DNA of 64,000 bases from NCBI RefSeq assembly GCF_009914755.1, contig NC_060926.1. One strand, 5' to 3'. A program made the translations under genes and the position numbers. This document shows positions 1 to 14,171 of this stretch, piece after piece (the first letter of the stretch is position 1; every line of letters begins with the position of its first letter). The notes below the pieces were generated by a model. The model made no database searches, was not told where the DNA came from, and saw nothing but the letters and a program-made list of their open reading frames with translations. Source of the stretch: the human T2T-CHM13v2.0 reference genome, Homo sapiens.

Positions 1-1494
<1,494 letters not shown>

Positions 1495-4130
1495 GATGCT
1501 AGAATAATTACATGTTTATATGTGAAAAAAATGGAACAGGATATAGTTCTCACACCTTTCACAAAAATTAATTAAAATGGGTCATAGAACTAACTATGAA
1601 ATTCAAAACTATAAAGCTTCTAGGAGAAAATATAAGTGAGTTTTAGTTTAGCAATGAGTTTTTATACAGACAATGTAAATAGAAAAGCATAAGACATGAA
1701 AGAGAAAATTTGGTAAACTGGACTTTATTAAAATTTAAGACTTCTCCTCTGTAAAAGACACCGTTAAGTGAATAAATGTGTGAGCCACAGACTGGGAGAA
1801 AATATTTGCAAAACATGTGTCTATAAGGGTCTTCTATCCAAAATGTACCACAACCCTTAAAACTTAAACAATAAGAAAACAAACAATCCAACTTAAAAAA
1901 GCACAAAAGATCTGAACACACACCTCATCAAAAAAGATATAACGATTGCAAATAAGCTTATGAAAATATAGTTAATGTCTTATACCATAAGGGAATTACA
2001 TATTAAAACAACAATGAAATACCACTACCCTCCTATTAGAATGGAAAAAAAAACCTGACAACACCAATGCCAAAAATATAAAGTGACACGAACTCCCATT
2101 CATTGCTGATGGGAATGCAAAATGGTACAGCCTCTTTGGAAGACAGTTTTATAGTTTCCCACAAACCTAACCATAGTCGTAACATAACAGCAATCATGCT
2201 CCTAGATTGATTTTTCCAACTTATTGGAAAATTTAGGCCTACACCAAAACTTGCACCCAAAAGTGTATAGCAGCTTTATTTGAAAAATAGAAGCAACCAA
2301 TATGTTCTTGATAGGTGAATGGATAAATTGTGGTACACTCATAAAATGGAATATTATTCATCAATAAAAAGAAATGAGCTATTGAGCCACAAAAAGACAT
2401 GGATGAACCTTGGATGCATACCGCTAAGTGTAAGAAGCCATGCTAAAAAAGATACATACTGTATAATTCCAATTATATGATATTCTGGAAAAGGCAAATC
2501 CATAAGAACAGTAAAAAGATTACTGGTTGCCAGGGGTTCAGAAGGAAAGAAGGCTAAATAAGTGAAGCACAGGGAATCTTTTATGGCCATGAATCTTCAC
2601 AATACATTCTGTATAATGCAGTAATGATGGATACATGACATTACACATTTGTCAAAATGTACAGAGTTTTACAGAACAAAGAGCAGAATGTAATGTATGT
2701 AATTTTTTTTTAAGTCATTTAGTAAATCGGGTGATCTCCTGATTGGTAAATTGGAATCCAGGAATCACTTGATCACCTGGATTCCTAAGTGGAATCAGGT
2801 GATCAGGTGATTCTTAAATGGAATAAAGTGATTAGGAATAAGGTGGTCTCCTAAATGGAATACAGACCATGACAAAAAATCTTACTGTATTGCAAATGCA
2901 TAAAACATTATCATTGAAGGAAAGGGTAGTGACCCAAGTAACTTTAGAAATGAGTGGAGTTTTTAAGGCTGAAGGCAAAAAGAACTATATATAAGCACAG
3001 TATTCTTGTTGCTAAAGTTGTTTCCCACAGGGGTTCAACTTAACAATTCTTGCTACGCGTGATTGAACAATTAAGGATGGTGGATGGTGGGAGCTGGATT
3101 TCTCACTGTTGGAGTGGGAATGTACAGATAAGCCTAGAATGATCCAAGCAGTAATTGATTAGAGTTGAAATCATCAGTATGAATTCACGTTTAGTTTAAT
3201 ATAGATATAATTATATATAGAAATTGTTATAAATATGTGCACACATATGGATGAGTATACACACATACAGTTCTTTGCTCTGTCATCTGATAGAGGCTAG
3301 AATCAACAATATCACAGTTGCAATGAGCACACCTATGACTCAGATCTTGGTTTCCAATACCATTCTCCAATAAAAGGAAACAGAGCTCCTTGGAGAACAG
3401 CCTGAATCTAGAAATGGAGCAGGAAATACCCAAGATGATTCTGGAGCATCATGTACTAACAAAAAAGTAAGGAAATACTAAAAAAAAAAAAACAAAACTG
3501 GGCGTATGTCAGGGAAACACAGGAGCCAACTGAAAAAGCTCCTAATGGCCAAAGCTAGAACAATTTAAGCAGCAAAATAAATAAAATAAAATAAAATAGT
3601 ATTGAATAACCCAAAGTGGAAAATAAATATTCATGAGTTCATATTGATATAAATAAATACATGAGATAATATACAATTCTCCCCTGTAGAAGGATTTTAA
3701 ATTTTATATATACATATATATATATACTCCCTCCTCAATAGGTAGACCATAACTCCTCAGCCCTTCCATGTGGGCTTCACATAGTGACTTCCTTCTAAAG
3801 AGTAAAACATGAAAAGGGAAGGGAGAAGTAACTTCACAATGGACAAACTAGACAAACACTATTCCAACCAGGCAATCAAGTCAACATCAACAGCGATAAA
3901 TCATTCTGACAGTGTGTACCCTTGATATGATGTGATGAAAATGGCAATTTGCCTCCATGGTGTTCTTTCAAGAAACCTGTAACTCCAGTCTAATTATTGT
4001 AACAATTGTACCATACTAATGTAAGGTGTTAGTAATAGTGGAAACGAGGTGGGAGATATATGGGAATCTCTCTGTACTATCCTCCCAATTTTTCTGTAAA
4101 TCTAAAATTATTCTAAAAAATAAAAGCTGT
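1495..4130 (+). mobile_element. Old LINE-1 (L1MC/L1MD-type) ORF2 3' end plus long 3' UTR
   Basis: Degenerate ORF2 3' motifs (cacagactgggagaaaatatttgcaa, gggaatgcaaaatggtacagcc), ending in the typical L1MC/MD terminus tttttctgtaaatctaaaattattctaaaaaataaaa. Confidence 0.8.
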
Positions 4131-4350
4131 TTTAATAATTAAGCTGTACACTTATGATTGTGCATTTTTCTATATATATGTAATTCTTCACTTTATTATG
4201 TTCTGAAAATCAAATAAATTATATGACTTGGTATAAGCTATAACTTTTGCCATAATAGACAAAGGGTTTTTTGTTTGTTTGTTTTTGTTGTTTTTTGTTG
4301 TTGTAGTTGTTATACTTTAAGTTCTGGGATATATGTGCAGAACGTGCAGG

Positions 4351-4673
4351 GGTTCTTTTTTTCTCTTTTTTTCATTTTTTTATTACACTTTAAGTTCTAG
4401 GGTATATGTGCACAACGTGCAGGTTTGTTACATATGTATACATGTGCCATGTTGGTGTGCTGCACCCATTAACTCATCATTTACATTAGGTATATCTCCT
4501 AATGCTGGAACCAACCCAAGTGTCCATCAATGACAGACTGGATTAAGAAAATGTGGCACATATACACCATGGAATACTATGCAGCCATAAAAAATGATGA
4601 GTTCATGTCCTTCGTAGGGACATGGATGAAGCTGGAAACCATGATTCTCAGCAAACTATCTCAAGGACAAAAA
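4351..4673 (-). mobile_element. Short L1PA4/5-type 3' insertion with 5' inversion (twin priming), nested in the host L1 3' UTR
   Basis: Poly(T) plus L1 3' end on the minus strand (4351-4506), abutting a plus-strand L1 segment (4507-4673). Flanked by gcagaacgtgcagg (4337-4350) and gtagaacatgcagg (4674-4687). Confidence 0.85.
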
Positions 4674-4828
4674 GTAGAACATGCAGGTTTGTTGGTGGTT
4701 TGCTGCACCTATCAACCCGTCATCCACATTAGGTATTTCTCCTAATGCTATCCCTTCCCTTACCCCCCACCCCCCAACAGGCCCCTATGTGTGATGCTCC
4801 CCTCCCTTTGCCCATATGTTCTCATTGT

Positions 4829-7800
4829 TCAACTCCCAGTTATGAGTGAGAACATGTGGTGTTTGGTTTTCTGTTCCTGTGTTAGTTTGCTGAGAATGAT
4901 GGTTTCCAGCTTTATCCATGTCCCTGCAAAGGACATGAATTCATTCTTTTTTATGGGTGCATAGTATTCCATGGTGTGTATGTGCCACATTTTCTTTGTC
5001 CAGTCTATCATCGATGGGCATGTGGGTTGGTTCCAAGTCTTTGCTATTGTGAGCAGTGCTGCAATAAACATACGTGTGCATGTGTCTTTATAGTAGAATG
5101 ATTTATAATCCTTTGGGTGTACACCCAGTAATGGGATTGTTGGGTCAAATTGTATTTCTAGTTCTAGATCTTTGAAGAATTACCACACTGTCTTCCACAA
5201 TGGTAGTACTGATTTACACTCCTCTGATTTTTCCACATACTCTCCAGCATCTGTTGCTTCCTGACTTTTTAATAATCATCATTCTAACTGGCATGAGATG
5301 ATATCTCATTGCGGTTTTGATTTGCATTGCTCTAATGAGCACTGATAATGACCTTTTTTTCATATGTTTATTGGCCACATAAACGTCTTCTTTTGAAAAG
5401 TGTCTGTTCATATCCTTCACCCACTTTTTGGTGGGGTTGTTTGGTTTTGTTCTCATAACTTTGTTTAAGTTCCTTGTAGATTCTGGATATTAGCCCTTTG
5501 TCAGATGAATAGATTGCAAAAATTTTCTCCCATTCTGTAGGTTGCCTCTTCACTCTGATGATAGCTTCTTTTGCTGTGCCAAAGCTCTTTAGTTTAATTA
5601 GATCCCATTTGTCAATTTTGGCTTCTGTCGAAATTGCTTTTAGTGTTTTAGTCATGAAGTCTTTGCCTATGCCTGTGTCCTGAATGGTATTGCCTAGGAT
5701 ATCTTCTAGGGTTTTTATGGTTTTAGGTATTACTTTTAAGTCTTCAATTCACCTTGAGTTAATTTTTGTATAAGATGTAAGAAAGGGATTCAGTTTCTGT
5801 TTTCTGCACATGGCTCAGTTTCTGTTTTCTGCATATGGCTAGCCAGTTTTCCCAGCACCATTTATTAAATAGGGAATTCTTTCCCCATTGCTTATTTTTG
5901 TCAGGTTTGTCAAAGATCAGATGGTTGTAGATGCATGGTGTTTTTTCTGATGCCTCTATTCTGTTCCATTGGTAGATATATCTGTTTTGGTACCAGTACC
6001 ATGCTGTTTTGGTTACTGTAGCCTTGTAGCATAGTTTGAAGTCATGTAGCATGACGCCTCCAGCTTTGTTCTGTTTGCTTAGGATTGTTTTGACTATACA
6101 GGCACTTTTTGGTTCCATATGAAATTTAAAGTAGATTTTTCTAATTCTGTGAAGAATTTCAAGGGTATTTAATGGAAATAGGATTGAATCTATAAATTAC
6201 TTTGGGTAGTATGGCCATTTTCACGATATTGATTCTTCCTATCCATGAGCATGGAATGTTTTTTCATTTGTTTGTGTCCTTTCTTATTTCCCTGAGCAGT
6301 GGTTTGTAGTTCTCCTTGAAGAGGTCCTTCACATCCCTTGTAAGCTGTATTCCTAGGTATTTTATTCTCGTTGTAGCAATTGTGAATGGGAGTTTACTCA
6401 TAATTTGGCTCTCTGTTTGTCTATTATTGGTTTATAGGAATCCCTGTGATTCTTGCACATTGATTTTGTATCCTGAGACTTTGCTGACGTTACTTATTAG
6501 CTTAAGAAAATGTGGCACATATACACCATGGAATACTATGCAGCCATAAAAAATGATGAGTTCATGTCCTTTGTAGGGACATGGATGAAATTGGAAACCA
6601 TCATTCTCAGTAAACTATCGCAAGAACGAAAAACCAAACACCGCATATTCTCACTCACAGGTGGGAATTGAACAATGAGATCGCATGGACACAGGAAGGG
6701 GAATATCACACTCTGGGGACTGTGGTGGGGAGGGGGGAGCGGGGAGGGATAGCATTGGGAGATATACCTAATGCTAGATGACGAGTTAGTGGGTGCAGCA
6801 CACCAGCATGGCACATGTATACATATGTAACTAACCTGCACAATGTGCACATGTACCCTAAAACTTAAAGTATAATTAAAAAAAAAAAAAATTAAAAAAA
6901 AAAGGACATTTTGGGCTGAGCTGATGGGGTTTTCTAAATATACAATCATGTCATCTGCAAACAGAGATAATTTGACTTCCTCTCTTCCTATTTGAATACT
7001 CTTTATTTTCTTTCTCTTGCCTGATTGCCTTGGCCAGAACTTCCAGTACTACGTTGAATAGGACTGGTCAGAGAGAACATCCTTGTCTTGTGCTGTTTTT
7101 CAAAGGGAATGCTTCCAGCTTTTGCCCAGTCAGTATGATATTGGCTGTGGGTTTGTCATAACTAGCTTTTACTATTTTGAGATACATTCCATCAATACCT
7201 AGTTTATTGAGTGTTTTTAGCCTGAGGGGATGTTGAATTTTATTGAAGGCTTTTTCTGCCTCTATTGAGATAATCACGGGGTTTTTGTCATTGGTTCTGT
7301 TTATGTGATGGATTACATTTATTGATTTGCATATGTTGAACCAGCCTTGCATCCCAGGGATGAAGCTGACTTGATGATGGTGGATAAGCTTTTTAATATG
7401 CTGCTAAATTCAGTTTGCCAGTATTTTGTTGAGGATTTACGCATTGATGTTCATCATGGATATGGGCCTGAAATTTTCTTTTTTTGTTGTGTCTCTGCCA
7501 GGTTTTGGTATCAGGGTGATTCTGGCCTCATAAAATTAGTTATGGAGGATTCCCTCTTTTTCTATCATTTGAAATAGTTTCAGAAGGAATGGTACCAGCT
7601 CCTCTTTGTACCTCTAGTAGAATTCGGCTGTGAATTCGTCTGGTCCTGGGCTTTTTTTGGCTGGTAGGCTATTAATTACTGCCTCAATTTCAGAACTTGT
7701 TATTGGTCTATTCAGGGATTTGACTTCTTCCTGGATTAGCCTGGGTAGGGTGTATGTGTTCAGGAATTTATCCATTTCTTCTAGATTTTCTAGTTTATTT

Positions 7801-9053
7801 GTATAGATGTGTTTATAGTATTCTCTGATGGTAATTTGTATTTCTGTGGGATAAGTGGTGACATCCCCTTTATCATTTTTTATTGTGTCTATTTGATTCT
7901 TCCCTTTTTTCTTATTAGTCTGGCTAGTGGTCTATCTATTTTTTTAATCTTTTCATAAAACCACCTCCTGGATTCATTGATTTTTTGAAGGGTTTTTTGT
8001 GTCTCTCTCTCCTTGACTTCTGCTCTGATCTTAGTTATTTCTTGCCTTCTGCTAGCTTTTGAATGTGTTTGCTCTTGCATCTCTAGTTCTTTTAATTGTG
8101 ATGTTAGCATGTCATTTTAGATCTTTCTCACTTTCTCATGTGGGCATTTAGTGCTATAAATTTCCCTCTAATCACTGCTTTAGCTGTGTCACAGAGATTC
8201 TGGTATGTTGTGTCTTTGTTCCCATTGGTTTCAAAGAACTTATTTATTTCTGCCTTAATTTCGTTATTTACCCAGTAGTCATTCAAGAGCAAGTTGTTCA
8301 GTTTCCATGTAGTTGTGTAGTTTTGAGTGAGTTTCTTAATCCTGAGTTCTAATTTGATTGCACTGTGATCTGAGAGACTGTTTGTTATTATTTCCATTCT
8401 TTTACACTTGCTAAGTAGTGTTTTACTTCCAATTATGTGGTTAATTTTAGAATAAGTGCTATGTGGTGCTGAGAAGAATGTATATTCTGTTGATTTGGGG
8501 TGGATAATTCTGTAGATGTCTATTAGATCCACTTGGTACAGAGCTGATTTCAAGTCCTGAATATCTTTGTTAATTTTCTGTCTCGTTGATCTGTCTAATA
8601 TTGACAGTGGGGTGTTAAAATCTCCCACTATTATGGTGTGGAAGTCTAAGTCGCTTTGTAGGTCTCTAAGAACTTTCTTTATGAATCGGGTGCTCCTGTA
8701 TTGGATGCACGTATATTTAGGATAGTTTGCTCTTCTTCTTGCATTGATCTCCTCACCATTATGTAATACCCTTCTTTGTCATTTTTGATCTTTGTTGGTT
8801 TAAAGTCTGTTTTATCAGATACTAGGATTGCAACCCCTGCTTTTTTTTGCTTTCCATTTGCTTGGTAAATATTTGTCCATCCCTTTATTTTGAGCCTATG
8901 TGTGTCTTTGCACATGAGATGGGTCTCCTGAATACAGCATGGTGATTGGTCTTGACTCTTTATCTAATTTGCCAGTCTGTGTCTTTTAATTGGGGCATTT
9001 AGCCCATTTACATTTAAGGTTAATATTGTTATGTGTGAATTTGATCCTGTCAT
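4829..9053 (-). pseudogene. Disrupted L1 ORF2 (endonuclease/reverse transcriptase)
   Basis: ATG at 9053 (atgacaggatcaaattcacac). EN peptides GVAILVSDKTDFKPTKI and [18 protein letters not shown]; RT peptide [18 protein letters not shown]; C-terminus FSLITGS*. Many stops and frameshifts, plus a 0.4-kb insertion. Confidence 0.93.
6504..6903 (+). mobile_element. 5'-truncated L1PA2 (about 400 bp) inserted antisense into host ORF2
   Basis: L1HS/PA2-type 3' UTR (aattggaaacc, aggaaggggaatatcacactctgg, gcacaatgtg) with GAG rather than ACA/ACG (gatgacgagttag) and cttaaagtat. A-tail at 6878-6903. Confidence 0.9.
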
Positions 9054-9116
9054 TACGAGGCTAGCTGGTTATTTTACCCGTTAGTTGATGCAGTTTCTTC
9101 ATAGTGTCAACAGTCT

Positions 9117-10144
9117 TTACATTTTGGTATGTTTTTGCAGTGGCTAGTACTGGTTTTGCTTTTCCATATTTAGTCCTTCCTTCAGGAGCCCTTGTAAGGC
9201 AGGCCTGGTGGTGACAAAATCCCTCAGCATTTGCTCATGGGTAAAGGATTTCATTTCTCCTTCATTTATGAAGCTTAGTTTGGCTGGATATGAAATTCTG
9301 GGTTGAAAATTCTTTTCCTTAAGAATGTTGAATATTGGCCCCCAATCTCTTCTGGCTTATAGGGTTTCTGCAGAGAGATCCACTGTTAGTCTGATGGGCT
9401 TTCCTTTGAAGGTAACCTGACCTTTCTCTCTGGCTGCCCTTAACATTTTTTCCTTCATTTCAACCTTGGTGAATCTGACAATTATGTGTTTTGGGGTTGC
9501 TCTTCTTGAGAAGTATCTTTGTATTTCTTGAGAAGTGGTGTTCTCTGTATTTCCTGAATTGGAATGTTGGCCTGTCTCACTGCATTGGGGAAGTTCTCCT
9601 GGATAATATCCTGAAGTGCATTTTCCAACTTGGTTCCATTCTCCCCATCACTTTCAGGTACACCAATCAAACGTAGGTTTGGTCTTTTCACATAGTCCCG
9701 TATTTCTTGGTGGCTTGTTTTTTTCCTTCTCATTCCTTTTTCTCTAATCTTGTCTTCATGCTTTATTTCATTAAGTTGATCTTCAATCTCTGATATCCTT
9801 TCTTCTGCTTGATCGATTCAGCTATCGATACTTGTGTATGCTTCACGAAGTTCTTGTGCTGTGTTTTTCAGCTCCGTCAGGTCATTTATGTTCTTCTTTA
9901 ACCTGGTTATTCTAGTTAACACTTTCTGTAACCTTTTATCAAGGTTCTTAGCTTTTAGAACATGCTCCTTTAGCTCAGAGGAGTTTGTTATTTCCCACCT
10001 TCTGAAGCCTATTTCTGTCAATTCATCGAACTCATTCTCTGTCCAGTTTTGTTCCCTTGCTGGCAAGGAGTTGTGATCCTTTGGAGGAGAAGAGGCATTC
10101 GGGTTTTTGGAATTTTCAGCCTTTTTGTGCTGGTTTTTCCTCAT
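9117..10144 (-). pseudogene. Disrupted L1 ORF1 (RNA-binding protein p40)
   Basis: N-terminus MRKNQHKKAENSKNPNASSPPKDHNS; RRM motif DYVKRPNLRLIGVPESDGENGTKLEN; stop at 9117-9119 after PLQKHTKM; frameshifted. Confidence 0.92.
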
Positions 10145-11470
10145 CTTCGAGGATTTATCAATTTTAGTCTTTGATGCTGGTGACCTTCGAATGGGGTTTT
10201 TGCATGGGCATCCTTTTCGTTGATGTCGATGCTATTGCTTTCTGTTTGTTAGTATTCCTTCTAAAAGTCAGGACCTTCTTCTGCAGGTCTGCTGGAGTTT
10301 GCTGGAGGTCCACTCCAGACCCTCTTTGCCTGGGTATCACCAGCAGAGGCTGCAGAATGGCAAAGATTGCTGCCTGCTCCTTCCTCTGGAAGCTTCATCC
10401 CAGAGGGGCATCTGCAAGATACCAGCTGGAGCTGTCCTGTATGAGGTGTCTGTCTACCCCTGCTGAGTGGTGTCTCCCCATCAGGAGGCATGGGGATCAG
10501 GGACCCGCTTGAGGAGGCAGTCTGTCCCTTAGTATAGCTTGAGCACTGTGCTGGGAGATCTGCTGATCTCTTCAGAGCCAGCAGGCAGGAACGTTTAAGT
10601 CTGCTGAAGCTGCACCCACAGCTGCCCCTTCCCCCAGGTGCTCTGTCCCAGGAAGATGGGAGCTTTATCTATAAGCCCCTGACTGGGGCTGCCACCTTTC
10701 TTTCAGTGATGCCTTGCCTAAAAAGGAGGAATCTAGAGAGGCAGTCTGGCTACAGTGGCTTTGCTGAACTGCAGTGGATTCTGCACAGTTCAAACTTCCT
10801 GGCAGCTTTGTTTACACTGTAGAGGGAAAACCACCTAGTCAATCCTCAGTAATGGTGGACTCCCAAACCCCCAACAAGCTCGAGCATCCCAGGTTGACTT
10901 CAGGCTGCTGTGCTGGCAGCGAGAATTTCAAGCCAGTGAATCTTAGCTTTCTGGACTCCATGGGGTGGGATCCGCTAAGCAAGACCACTTGGCTCCCTGG
11001 CTTCAGTCCCCTTTCCAGGGGAGTGAATGGTTCTGTCTTGCTGGTGTTCCAGGTGCCACTGGGGTAAGAAAAAAACTCCTGCAGCTAACTCAGTGTCTGC
11101 CCAAACAGCCGCCCAGTTTTGTGCTTGAAACCCAGGCACCCAAGGGAATCTCCTGGTCTGCGGGTTGCAAAGACCATGGGAAAAGTGTAGTATCTGGGCT
11201 GGATAGCTCTGTTCCTCACAGCACAGTCCCTCACTGCTTCCCTTGGCTAGGGGATGGAGTTCCCCAACCCCTTGCACTTCCCGGGTGAGGCAACACCCCA
11301 CCCTGCTTCTGCTCTCCCTCCATGGGCTGTACCTGCTGTCTAACCAGTCCCAGTGGGATGAACCAGGTACCTCAGTTGGAAATGCAGAAATCACCTGCCT
11401 TCTGCATTGATCTTGCTGGGAGCTGCAGACCAGAGCTACTCCTATTTGGCCATCTTGCCCGGGAATCCCC
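10145..11470 (-). promoter_or_regulatory. L1PA7-type 5' UTR (internal Pol II promoter with YY1 site; potential antisense promoter)
   Basis: GC-richer L1 5' UTR upstream of ORF1. YY1 core (gccatctt on + strand, about 11448-11455) near the terminus. CpGs are largely decayed. Confidence 0.8.
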
Positions 11471-12489
11471 AGGTTTCATTTTTAAGCAGTTCAAAATTAT
11501 TCTTATGTTTGCCTGTCTTGAAGGTGATAATTAAGATAACCCTTTTATTTACACATTTATTTATCTCATGTTACAGGTGAGGGCTCCTATAATTCATTAG
11601 TTCTAAAAAAAAAAGTTTATTCATTTTGGTAGTAATGGTTAGAGGGCAAAATGAAACATTGGACAAAATAAATATTAAGGCAATAGGCTGCCAGCAGTAT
11701 CCTAAAATACCCAGGTACAATCAGTGACAATGGCTGCAAGCTTAGCTGGCCTTAGATGATCTTTCTTCTTTCTTTTTTTTTTTTTTTTTTTGGTTAAGTA
11801 TTTTATGCCACATTTTCTCTCTTTGTTTTTCAGCATTTTCTCCAATATAGATCCATATTATTTTATGTCTTATAATTGCTTTTTTTTCCCCTGAGTTCTT
11901 CTCCCTTTTTCTCCAACCTACTGACTCCCAAGTGTGAGCTGCATACAACATAAGAATCTCATTTCCCTATATTGCTAAGACTGGGGTGCTCCGATGTCAT
12001 TGCTTGCTTTTGATGTACAGGGCTGGTAGGCCCATGAAAAGGCCAACCTGCCTCTGTCTCCACTGCTCTTTCCCTCATGCCCACCAGTCAACCACTGCCC
12101 CATGGAAGCCAGCAGGAAGATCCTGTCTGGCTTCTGTTTCTCTGGAGAAATAGGAAGTGGGATGTCTGTGGCCTGAAGTAGGCTTGGCATGAAATCCTGA
12201 AATTACCCTGCCTCCTTCCTGTGACAGAATCTATCTTAGCCTGCAGGGTCCTGGGTTTTGATTGAGCTCCAAAAAGTGTAGAAGAAAAGTAGTACTGAGC
12301 GCAGCCGAGAAACCGTTATCACTTTGTTGAGGAGCTAAAATACTTCAAGGCCCATATTCAATAATTGTTGAATGGATAACCCTATGAATTTAGAAGGCAT
12401 TGCTTAGGCATCATTGTAATGTTTCACTGATGTGTAATTTGTATAAATCCCTAGGATAATAGTATTTTCAAGCTACAGAAAGGCCTAGG

Positions 12490-12600
12490 AGAAAAATCTT
12501 CTCATCTAAGCCTTTTATTTTCTAAATGAAGAAACTAGCTCAAAGAGGTTACTTAACTTTCCTAAGGTCATACTACTACTGGTTGATCCTTCAACCAGAA
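12490..12600 (-). mobile_element. MIR SINE fragment
   Basis: Core match attttctaaatgaagaaactagctcaaagaggttacttaactttcctaaggtcatac. Confidence 0.65.
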
Positions 12601-13889
12601 CCCCTTTTATTATTACCAGCTTTCTAACTAAATACATGATGTAGTGGTATAATAATATGTACTGAAGACAAATATGGTGCCCATTTGTTAGTATGAACCC
12701 TAGTTAATCCCTGGGTCCCATATCTCTCGAGGCATTGTTTATAACTAGACTCTCTCATGCTCTCATTGCCATTTCCTTTTTGCACATTGTATGAGTATAT
12801 TTATGTTTGTGTGTCTTCCCTCTCCCTACCCATTTAGCCTCAATTAATGCAATGGCATTGCAGATTTAAAGACCCAATCTTGCTGACCACTACACTCTAC
12901 CCCCAGAAACAGGGCATCTTAAACTACCCTATGGCTTAAGAAGAGCACTTCTTCCAAATGAAAACAGCAAACCTGTATTTGATCTTTCAAAATCAGACTT
13001 TTTTTTGGATCAGTGCTTAATTGGCAACATAATTAATTCAATTAACAATCAATTCAATTGATACAAAGAGAAACCCAACTTTGGCAGAAATCTGAGTTTC
13101 AGGCTTGGTGCTTTCCTATGTAAGTTCATTGCCATTGCCTCAAACATAAATTATATGGCTAGCTATTCCCAATGCAGTCGTCATCCAAGGATTTAATTTT
13201 TGATCATGTCTTAAGCTTTAGAATACATTTGTAAACTGCCCCTCTATGGAAAACAGATGCTTCATAAAAACAGCACTTACACTTTGGTATGTTCAGTGGA
13301 AGCAGGACAGGATATTCCACGAGTCCAATCAGACCATGGCATACAACTACATACTCAGACTAAGCTCTTAGTCCTAGTTCCCAAGAGTAGAAACAGTTTT
13401 AAGTGATTACAGAATTCTGCTATGATCAAAATTCTTTGTTCACTGGATTTGGCTAATAAAAAGTTCCTTGTTTTAGCCTTCAAAGGTTATTTTTAAAATG
13501 CAAGGCAACCTCTATCACTGTCAGCCAGGAATCCGTTAGCTGTAATTAGCTTATCAACACTGGGTCAGCTATGTTTTTATGGGAACAAAGATTTCATGGT
13601 CTGGAACAGAAAGCAATGGCAAAGTAGGTCCTGGAAAGCCAAGGGCCAGCAAAAGTGTACAAGAGAAACCCAATCAGCATTCTAAATAATCGATTTACAG
13701 GCCTTTTGATAAAACATGCAGTATGAAGATAGTTGATTGCTTTGTTAATAGTCTATGCTTAATTAATATTAGTTAGAGTGAGTTGAGAGATATTTTTCTT
13801 GGCTTCAAAGAGTTTCCCATTGCTGGAAGTATACATGCATAGGTTAGATGGTCACGTTGAGGGGGTCAGTAGTCTAGTGCAAGTAATGA

Positions 13890-14080
13890 CACACTAGCAG
13901 CACATGAAATTAACATGGCATCATAGTATTACAGAATTGAATGGAATGGAAAATGTCACCATGTATTACATGCAGTAAGGATAAATATTCTTTTATGAAA
14001 CTTTCGTTTCATTTGTCTCTGTGTACACATGTACCTAAGCATAACACGGCCATTGTGGCAAGAAAAGTAAATCACTGGTT
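13890..14080. mobile_element. hAT-Charlie-type DNA transposon remnant (similar to 63237-63490)
   Basis: Shared motifs gaatggaaaatgtcacc..taaatattcttttatgaaacttt, ending in an aatcactg TIR-like end. Confidence 0.45.
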
Positions 14081-14133
14081 TAGATGACTTCCAGAAACTA
14101 TTCTATTTATTCATCTTGCCTCTCCATTATATT

Positions 14134-14171
14134 TTATCCATTGCGCCACTGGCCCCGAGCTCGTAAGCCTA
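14134..14171 (-). pseudogene. Tailless retropseudogene: 5' fragment (22 nt) of tRNA-Arg(ACG) preceded by a 16-nt putative pre-tRNA leader, flanked by a 17-bp TSD
   Basis: Minus strand reads taggcttacgagctcg-GGGCCAGTGGCGCAATGGATAA, the known 5' end of human tRNA-Arg-ACG. Perfect direct repeats ctctccattatatttta at 14120-14136 and 14172-14188. Confidence 0.85.

Larger units (their letters stand above)
4265..11470 (-). mobile_element. Full-length but inactivated LINE-1, L1PA7-type (poly(A) remnant, 3' UTR, ORF2, ORF1, 5' UTR), containing two nested L1 inserts
   Basis: T-rich tail at about 4265-4310 followed by tatactttaagttctgggata. ORF2 and ORF1 peptides are in the ORF track. The 5' end reads cctatttggccatcttg at 11441-11457. 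Confidence 0.95.

Noticed and set aside
6715-6748. G-quadruplex-forming G-tract
   Set aside because: Standard feature of L1PA 3' UTRs.
4255-11490. TSD for the full-length L1 (agggtttttt vs aggtttcattttt/aa)
   Set aside because: The left copy merges into the degenerate poly(T) tail; the match is too weak to call.
10171-11534. Cluster of overlapping ORFs on both strands
   Set aside because: They fall within the GC-richer L1 5' UTR; commonplace chance ORFs.
14134-14155. Functional tRNA gene
   Set aside because: Only the first 22 nt are present; no anticodon arm, B box or terminator.
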